DNA of 64,000 nucleotides from a virus. Position numbers and translations under genes: made by a program. Location: positions 96,001-160,000 of IMG/VR virus record IMGVR_UViG_3300031951_000015. One strand, given 5' to 3'. Below, one piece after another: positions 58,231 to 64,000 of this stretch. Under the pieces are notes generated by a model that was not told the DNA's origin, searched no databases, and worked only from the letters and a program-made list of their open reading frames with translations. Each line of letters opens with the position of its first letter. Within the stretch, counting starts at the first letter, position 1.

Positions 58231-58350
58231 TCAGAACACGCCGGGAATGATTTGCCCAGTAGCGAGATAGGAACCCATAGCTGCTACGATTCCGATCATC
58301 GCTGCCCATCCATTAATACGTTCTGCCTTTTCAGTAAAAATTTTGTTCAT
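58231..58350 (-). CDS. hli: high-light inducible protein
   Basis: AERINGWAAMIG..TGQIIPGVF. Confidence 0.92.
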   Translation of the reverse strand: MNKIFTEKAERINGWAAMIGIVAAMGSYLATGQIIPGVF

Positions 58351-58361
58351 TGTTTTTCTCC

Positions 58362-58550
58362 TTATTTTACTTTGGAATAGATAGATGTCTCACCATAATC
58401 ACGGTGAATTTTATACCCAACAACTGCACCCTTCGTATTCATCAAAGCAGGCATAAAAGCAATTGTAAAAAATACTGCTGGTGCTCCAATAAAGAGAGCA
58501 GCAACAATCACATAATAAGTCAGCAGTTCAATTAGAGAGTGTTCCATCAT
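58362..58550 (-). CDS. small membrane protein
   Basis: One TM helix; ..NTKG..VGY. Confidence 0.6.
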   Translation of the reverse strand: MMEHSLIELLTYYVIVAALFIGAPAVFFTIAFMPALMNTKGAVVGYKIHRDYGETSIYSKVK

Positions 58551-58806
58551 AGGGGTGTTGTTGTTTTAGTTCAGGATTTGGTTGCGAAGGAACAACAGGG
58601 TTCCTTGACTTGTTTTTAATTACGATGAAAGCATCGTTTTGATAAGACACGGTTCCAAATGGTTTTGCCCATTTTGGATTTGCATTTGGACTGGTAGCAG
58701 TTCCTGTTACTGCTACTCCACCAATTTCAACAGAGATGTCGTCATCTGCATCCCATTCAAGTTTTTCAAGGGCAATAGCAAATTGCCCCAACATTCCAGC
58801 GGTCAC
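58528..58806 (-). CDS. conserved cyanophage hypothetical protein
   Basis: [22 protein letters not shown]. Confidence 0.65.
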   Translation of the reverse strand: MTAGMLGQFAIALEKLEWDADDDISVEIGGVAVTGTATSPNANPKWAKPFGTVSYQNDAFIVIKNKSRNPVVPSQPNPELKQQHPYDGTLSN

Positions 58807-59096
58807 AGATTCTCTTCCTGCTCAGTGAGGATTACACAATCACTGGTGGGATATGCTACACAGGTAAGCACCCAACCATCGGCAATCTGATCGTCATCCA
58901 GGAAAGACTGCTCCTCATTATCCACAGTACCACTAATCAGTTTACCAGCACAAGCAGAGCAAGCACCTGCCTTACAGGATGAAGGGAGGTCAACACCTGC
59001 CTCTTCTGCTGCTTCAAGAATGTATTGATCATCAGGACACTGGATAGTAGTCTCAGTGCCATCGGGGGTTTGGAGCGTAACGTTATAGACGGTCAT
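58803..59096 (-). CDS. petF: plant-type [2Fe-2S] ferredoxin
   Basis: [12 protein letters not shown]. Confidence 0.95.
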   Translation of the reverse strand: MTVYNVTLQTPDGTETTIQCPDDQYILEAAEEAGVDLPSSCKAGACSACAGKLISGTVDNEEQSFLDDDQIADGWVLTCVAYPTSDCVILTEQEENL

Positions 59097-59182
59097 TAGT
59101 AAGTCTCACAAAGTTTTTCTACGGATGCTGCCAACAAAACGAAGAAGGCAACGGATGTCATTGTAAAGAAGATTGAAGTCAT
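59096..59182 (-). CDS. 28-aa hydrophobic peptide
   Basis: [28 protein letters not shown]; TAATG-coupled to petF. Confidence 0.5.
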   Translation of the reverse strand: MTSIFFTMTSVAFFVLLAASVEKLCETY

Positions 59183-59191
59183 TGTCAACCC

Positions 59192-59386
59192 TTAGAAGAT
59201 CCCGAAGAAGAAGTTGCCAGTGAGAGCATAAGAAATGACCCCAGCAACAATGCCGACCATAGCCCAGCGTCCATTTGTGCGCTCCTTAATTTCGTTGGGA
59301 GTCATCATCCCATAGTTCTCATAGTACATAACGGGTTCTTTGGCAAACATATTTTGTTGCCCGTACTCATTAGTTGTTACAGTCAT
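59192..59386 (-). CDS. hli: high-light inducible protein
   Basis: NMFAKEP..ERTNGRWAMVG. Confidence 0.9.
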   Translation of the reverse strand: MTVTTNEYGQQNMFAKEPVMYYENYGMMTPNEIKERTNGRWAMVGIVAGVISYALTGNFFFGIF

Positions 59387-59413
59387 TGTAAATTCGTTAA
59401 GAATTGTTACACA

Positions 59414-59442
59414 ATTATATAGCAAAAATAAAGGGGTGTCAA
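59414..59442 (-). promoter_or_regulatory. consensus sigma70 promoter of the hli-petF-prx operon
   Basis: TTGACA-N17-TATAAT. Confidence 0.8.
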
Positions 59443-59486
59443 GCACCCCTTTGTTCGGATATCATAACATTTTTAAGTATAAATGC

Positions 59487-60284
59487 TTACTGTTTATCCT
59501 CAACTCCAGGAGGAAGTCTACCAAGATAAGGATTATAGTCAAAAAATTGATTCCAGTCTGAAATATTTGCAGACTCATTTCTCCAAAACTGCCACAGACC
59601 ATCATGACTGCTACGATGAAATACATCTACGTGAATGTCATGAATATCAGATCCCAAATCAATCTTATACAAGAACAGTGGGATAGCAAAAGTATTTCCA
59701 GAGTTATAGATCAAATCATCTGCCACAGCACGAGGTTTGACTCCTTGATCGAGTTTATACTTATCACCACGACAATGAAGACGAATTAACTTTTCAGCGT
59801 GGTGCCTAGTAATCATATAACAGGCAGTTGAAAAATCATTTACAAATCTTTTATGCATCTGAACATGAACAGATGCAGGATTAATGATTGCCAATTGGAT
59901 TACATCATAATCATAAGGGATTTTTGCATAGAAATCTTTCCAAGAAAATCCCCAATGTGCAACTGTACTAATATCACAATCATCTTCCATCATTAATGCA
60001 CAAGGAGCATCAGAGGTTTCCAACCAATGCTTCATTGCTTTTAGATGTGAAGTTACACATCCAACTTCACCAGATGACATCATATCTGGGTAACGTCCTT
60101 TCAGAATGTCACCAAGATCTTTGTCATCTCTACCATCATAAGCAGAAATTCGTTCATAGTTTTCAATTTCCCAATACTTAAATTGGTCTTCCATAAACTT
60201 TGCCCTATCTGGTTTTTCATCCAGATTGATGTAGTAAATTGGTGGAAGATTTTTAAGTTTATATGCTGATTTGTTTTTGTCCAT
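59487..60284 (-). CDS. glycosyltransferase family 25
   Basis: YINLD..R..AYDG..GC..SH..EDD. Confidence 0.85.
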   Translation of the reverse strand: MDKNKSAYKLKNLPPIYYINLDEKPDRAKFMEDQFKYWEIENYERISAYDGRDDKDLGDILKGRYPDMMSSGEVGCVTSHLKAMKHWLETSDAPCALMMEDDCDISTVAHWGFSWKDFYAKIPYDYDVIQLAIINPASVHVQMHKRFVNDFSTACYMITRHHAEKLIRLHCRGDKYKLDQGVKPRAVADDLIYNSGNTFAIPLFLYKIDLGSDIHDIHVDVFHRSSHDGLWQFWRNESANISDWNQFFDYNPYLGRLPPGVEDKQ

Positions 60285-61048
60285 TATTCAGAAAGAACGC
60301 TTTCTATAATTTGTTTAAATACTTTGGTTTTTCCAACAAGAGGATCATCTAATCCTCTCCAATTTGAATGCCAGTTAGTTGCTGCGCGATAGTGTAAAAA
60401 CTTTCCATCCAAATGGAGTTCCATATTATACCCACCAGCATCTTTCTGTAAATCAATATCATTATAATGAGTTGGATACTGAACATCAGTTTCCTTCATT
60501 TTGATTCCAGTTTTTTTGAAATACCAGTAGGTCATACCACCAACATCTGTCATATGACCTTCAACAATACCATCAGAAAAGTCAATATTCTTATCTTCAA
60601 TCTTAGGCATATTAAAGAACATAATACCATTCCACATATAGGTAACGTGCCCTCTTACCTGCGGAAGACCAGCAATAATAGCATCTTCCATATACTCAAC
60701 AATATTAAACTCATCAATAAGAAACATATCAGAGTCTAGGAAGAATACAACATCTTCATTATGATTCTTACGAATAATATTATTATAAGTCCACTGAACA
60801 GTATCTGCACATGCTTGTGCAGGATTCATAGCAGATGCCCTCGGAGGTTTTTTATAATACTTCAACCCATTTTCAAAACAAACAGACTGAAATTCAGATT
60901 CAGTAGATTCAATAATCGAATCATCTACAATATGAAACTGATATTCATTCTTCAAAAACTTTTTAAAAAGTCTTTGTTGAAGTTCAACAAAATCAGGTCG
61001 GTTAACAACAGAGGTAAAAATATGAATCATAGTTGTGCAGAAAGCCAA
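60284..61048 (-). CDS. putative GT-A glycosyltransferase
   Basis: IVDD, FLDSDMF, TDVGG, LHY. Confidence 0.55.
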   Translation of the reverse strand: MAFCTTMIHIFTSVVNRPDFVELQQRLFKKFLKNEYQFHIVDDSIIESTESEFQSVCFENGLKYYKKPPRASAMNPAQACADTVQWTYNNIIRKNHNEDVVFFLDSDMFLIDEFNIVEYMEDAIIAGLPQVRGHVTYMWNGIMFFNMPKIEDKNIDFSDGIVEGHMTDVGGMTYWYFKKTGIKMKETDVQYPTHYNDIDLQKDAGGYNMELHLDGKFLHYRAATNWHSNWRGLDDPLVGKTKVFKQIIESVLSE

Positions 61049-61926
61049 TCTTCAAGTTTCATTGACGGTTCCCAACCAAAAGTCTTACGAAGTTTTTGAT
61101 TGTTTGCAAGACTCACTCTCGCTTCACCAGGACGAGGGGCAATATTTAATGTTTCATGATCAAACATTCTTGCAATCTGATTGATCGAATAGTTGTTTCC
61201 AGTTCCAACATTATATACCTGTCCAAATGCTTCTGGATCTGGGTTTGAAATTGCTGCCATAATATTTGCCTTCACAACATCACCAACGTAAGTAAAGTCA
61301 CGACGTTGATTTCCATCACCAACGATTGTTAGAGGTTCTCCTGCTGCCCTCTGACGCATAAAAATACCAATCACGGGAGCATACTGTCCACGCAGAGGTT
61401 GACGCTCACCATAAACGTTGAAATAACGGAAGCACACAGTTTGGAGACCAAACAAATCCGTGTACATCTTACACAGTTTCTCACCATTTACCTTAGAAAC
61501 TGAATATGGATTCAGACAATCATCAGGTTGCGTTTCAATATTCGGAGTTTGATTCAGTCCATATCCAGAAGATGTGGAAGAATACATCACACGCTTTACG
61601 CCAGCTTCACGAGCACATTGAAGAACTGTCACAGTACCAACGGAGTTAATACTGACTGCTTCAATTGGGTTTTCGATAGCAGGTTGAATCCGTGCCTCTG
61701 CTGCAATATGAAACACATAATCTACTCCATCATAGAGTGGACGTGTGTTTTCATAGTCACGGATATCGTACTTATAGTTTTGTGCCTTATCATTCCAATA
61801 AAATTGATCGTGGGCATCAGAATACTCGTTATCAATCACAACAACCTCGTGACCCATTTCAAGTAAACGGTCTACAAGGTTTGAACCAATAAATCCAGCA
61901 CCACCAGTAACTAGTGATTTAGTCAT
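61027..61926 (-). CDS. NAD-dependent sugar epimerase/dehydratase
   Basis: TGGAGFIG, YSVSK, RYFNVYG. Confidence 0.92.
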   Translation of the reverse strand: MTKSLVTGGAGFIGSNLVDRLLEMGHEVVVIDNEYSDAHDQFYWNDKAQNYKYDIRDYENTRPLYDGVDYVFHIAAEARIQPAIENPIEAVSINSVGTVTVLQCAREAGVKRVMYSSTSSGYGLNQTPNIETQPDDCLNPYSVSKVNGEKLCKMYTDLFGLQTVCFRYFNVYGERQPLRGQYAPVIGIFMRQRAAGEPLTIVGDGNQRRDFTYVGDVVKANIMAAISNPDPEAFGQVYNVGTGNNYSINQIARMFDHETLNIAPRPGEARVSLANNQKLRKTFGWEPSMKLEDWLSAQL

Positions 61927-62567
61927 ACAACTCTCTCAGGTAAAAAGTAATTCTTATTATAATTAAAGCACTCCTCAGTAGGATAGCTTGTCAAAGGATT
62001 CACAGTACCGTGATATCCACTTGTTTGATAGAAGAATGGATCATCAAATGCGTAAACATTGAACCAACGCTGTATCTCAGCAAATCCAATATCTTGATAA
62101 TCTTCAATGATATATCCAGCATGATGACATACCCTCTGGCACATTCTAACATATTCATCGGTTAGATACAAGATAGAATGTCCACCAAGCATATTATATG
62201 TCCGATACAGATCATCCTTGATATGTTCGTATTGTACATAAGGTCCAGAATGCCCATTCATTCTACCCCAGGATGAAATACCAAGATAAACTGCATCAGC
62301 ATCATCGGGAACTTCAATCTCAGGGCGAAAGTTTTTGATCATACAATCATCTTCAAACAAAACGAATGGAGGATCAATTTCTTGCAACCCTTTAAAATGA
62401 GCAGCAGAGCATCCAGCAACAGGGCAATCTGGGCGAGGAATACCCTCAACACGAATGATAGTCTTGAACCCACACTCTTTGAGAATTTTTTGCATATTCT
62501 CATTTTTTTCAGTGTGCTGTTCAAGATTCATATAAACAGCAGGAATTTCTCTAAGATCTAAGTTCAT
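61923..62567 (-). CDS. GT25-like glycosyltransferase
   Basis: YMNL..GC..H..FEDD..YLG. Confidence 0.65.
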   Translation of the reverse strand: MNLDLREIPAVYMNLEQHTEKNENMQKILKECGFKTIIRVEGIPRPDCPVAGCSAAHFKGLQEIDPPFVLFEDDCMIKNFRPEIEVPDDADAVYLGISSWGRMNGHSGPYVQYEHIKDDLYRTYNMLGGHSILYLTDEYVRMCQRVCHHAGYIIEDYQDIGFAEIQRWFNVYAFDDPFFYQTSGYHGTVNPLTSYPTEECFNYNKNYFLPERVV

Positions 62568-63246
62568 TATGATTCTTTTTTAAAGCAATGATTTTGGGTT
62601 CATAAGGATACTCAGGATTATTCATCTGTTCCTCAGCAAAACAATATGAAGGAGTCAAACTAAGGGTAGGAGGATTATCGATCAGGTATCGATTCATTTG
62701 AGATTCATCGTGCCAAAGAGCAATAACTCCATTTTCAAGATCTCGATTCACGCGGTCAGCAATAACCTCCGCCATTTCAAGGAATCTCTTGGTTGATCCA
62801 CCATTGAAACCACCAGCATAATAATTCTCACCTTCTTCACCATATGGAACATATGCTAGAGAATTAGGATTTCTATCATAAGTTCTTTCTTCTTTCTTAT
62901 GAAAAGATTGATAAGGATGCATTGTGGCAACAAGATCACTTAGAACCTCATCACCAACCTTATCAACCAAACCCATATCAACATCAAAGTAGAAACAATA
63001 ATCAAACTGAGAAATAAAATCTTTTTCCCTAATAAAGTAATTATACCTTTTCAAAGTTGGCATCGGCCAAGGTTCATGATCAATCTGACAAACTCTTACA
63101 TTATCAGATGTTTCTACTTCATGATCGGTAAAAAGTAGACAATTAATTTCATGCCCATTAAGAAAATTCTCCTCGATATTATCAAGAAGTCTTTCAACAA
63201 ACTGAATGTATTTGTTTGTTGCAATAGTCAGAATACAAATTTTCAT
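62551..63246 (-). CDS. glycosyltransferase family 6
   Basis: IATNKY..FTD..DVD..HP..YYAGGFNGG..WHDES..N. Confidence 0.85.
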   Translation of the reverse strand: MKICILTIATNKYIQFVERLLDNIEENFLNGHEINCLLFTDHEVETSDNVRVCQIDHEPWPMPTLKRYNYFIREKDFISQFDYCFYFDVDMGLVDKVGDEVLSDLVATMHPYQSFHKKEERTYDRNPNSLAYVPYGEEGENYYAGGFNGGSTKRFLEMAEVIADRVNRDLENGVIALWHDESQMNRYLIDNPPTLSLTPSYCFAEEQMNNPEYPYEPKIIALKKNHNELRS

Positions 63247-63863
63247 TTATTTTTAATGTAAAGTGCATCACCCCACTTATACCAAGTTTCTGGCCAATGA
63301 GTTTCGACTCTTTCAAATCCATACTCACTTAAAAACTCATCCAATTCTTCAACCATAGGAATTCCTTCATACATTTCCCCACGATTGACTTCACAATACA
63401 CATAATCAATTTGTTGAAGAGTTTTTTGTCCTCCTCTAAAAACTTCTAGTTCATATCCCTGAACATCAATATTGATGAAATTTGATTCTCCAATATCAAA
63501 TGTATCAAGAGTATCAACTTCAACTTCTTCAGTTCCATCAAAAGACACATCTGGATGATGTTCCAGATGTTCTTTTGGTTTTAAAATAGAACTACTCTGT
63601 GCTTCATTGCTACTTAGATACATCGTAGCAGTTCCTTTCTTACTACCAAGGGCAACCTGATATCCCTGAATGTCAGCGTTTACATTCTGAAGGCGTTGAG
63701 AAAGAATGTCAAAGTTTTCAGAAAGTGGTTCAAAAACAGTTATCTTCTGAATACCATTATCAACATACTCTTGAATTTCTTCACCATAGTGAGCACCAAT
63801 ATGAACAACACCTTTAATGTTCATATTATATTTTCTTCGCAGGTTGGTAAAACTTATTAGCAT
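63243..63863 (-). CDS. FkbM-family methyltransferase
   Basis: HIGAH.G..FEP..IDVQGYELEV..EV. Confidence 0.88.
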   Translation of the reverse strand: MLISFTNLRRKYNMNIKGVVHIGAHYGEEIQEYVDNGIQKITVFEPLSENFDILSQRLQNVNADIQGYQVALGSKKGTATMYLSSNEAQSSSILKPKEHLEHHPDVSFDGTEEVEVDTLDTFDIGESNFINIDVQGYELEVFRGGQKTLQQIDYVYCEVNRGEMYEGIPMVEELDEFLSEYGFERVETHWPETWYKWGDALYIKNK

Positions 63864-63864
63864 T

Positions 63865-64000
63865 TTATTTTGAAATTGTTTTAGCGATTTGATTCAGGGT
63901 TCCATCCCAAGTCAAGTACTTATCATAGACCATTCTACCATATTCAAGATAATTTTCATACTCACCAGTTTCCAAAAGATGATCAACAATACTTGGAATA
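63865..64000 (-). CDS. partial CDS (C-terminus only), possibly a glycosyltransferase
   Basis: Open frame ..YLEYGRMVYDKYLTWDG..; function inferred from context only. Confidence 0.4.
   Translation of the reverse strand, partial: IPSIVDHLLETGEYENYLEYGRMVYDKYLTWDGTLNQIAKTISK

Noticed and set aside
57692-58309. N-terminally extended peroxiredoxin as given in the ORF track
   Set aside because: The extension overlaps an hli gene in another frame; an RBS supports the start at 58219.
1-64000. tRNA or rRNA genes
   Set aside because: No cloverleaf with a T-loop consensus recognised in the intergenic gaps by eye; tRNAscan was not run.

Overview
AT-rich 64 kb segment of a T4-like cyanomyovirus. A Synechococcus/Cyanobium-type host is inferred from psbA, psbD, hli, petF and host-type promoters. 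Almost everything is on the minus strand. In order: baseplate/tail genes (hub, lysozyme+M23, tape-measure-like, gp51, gp26, tail-tube-like; plus-strand block gp4, gp2-like, gp48, gp53); Mom-like acetyltransferase, gp32, gp59, gp33, exonuclease, phoH, thyX; a glutamine-riboswitch/DUF4278 locus; a ~35 kb array of modular tail-fibre genes (adapter plus glycine-rich tip pairs) interleaved with 2OG-Fe(II) oxygenases, a sulfotransferase and two free-standing homing endonucleases; photosynthesis/redox genes with a LAGLIDADG-like gene between psbA and psbD; and a glycosyltransferase cluster. The most unusual signals: (1) two unrelated homing endonuclease genes are each preceded by the same small cassette (late promoter, CCTG..CAGG hairpin, terminator) whose loop is exactly antisense to the 5' end of that nuclease's own mRNA; (2) a tandem glutamine riboswitch whose second aptamer carries a whole 51-codon ORF inside its P2 stem-loop; (3) a UUUUUUC slippery site that would fuse gp26 to gp51 by a -1 frameshift, in the lambda G/GT genomic position. 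All protein and RNA family calls come from motif recognition by eye; no database searches were run.
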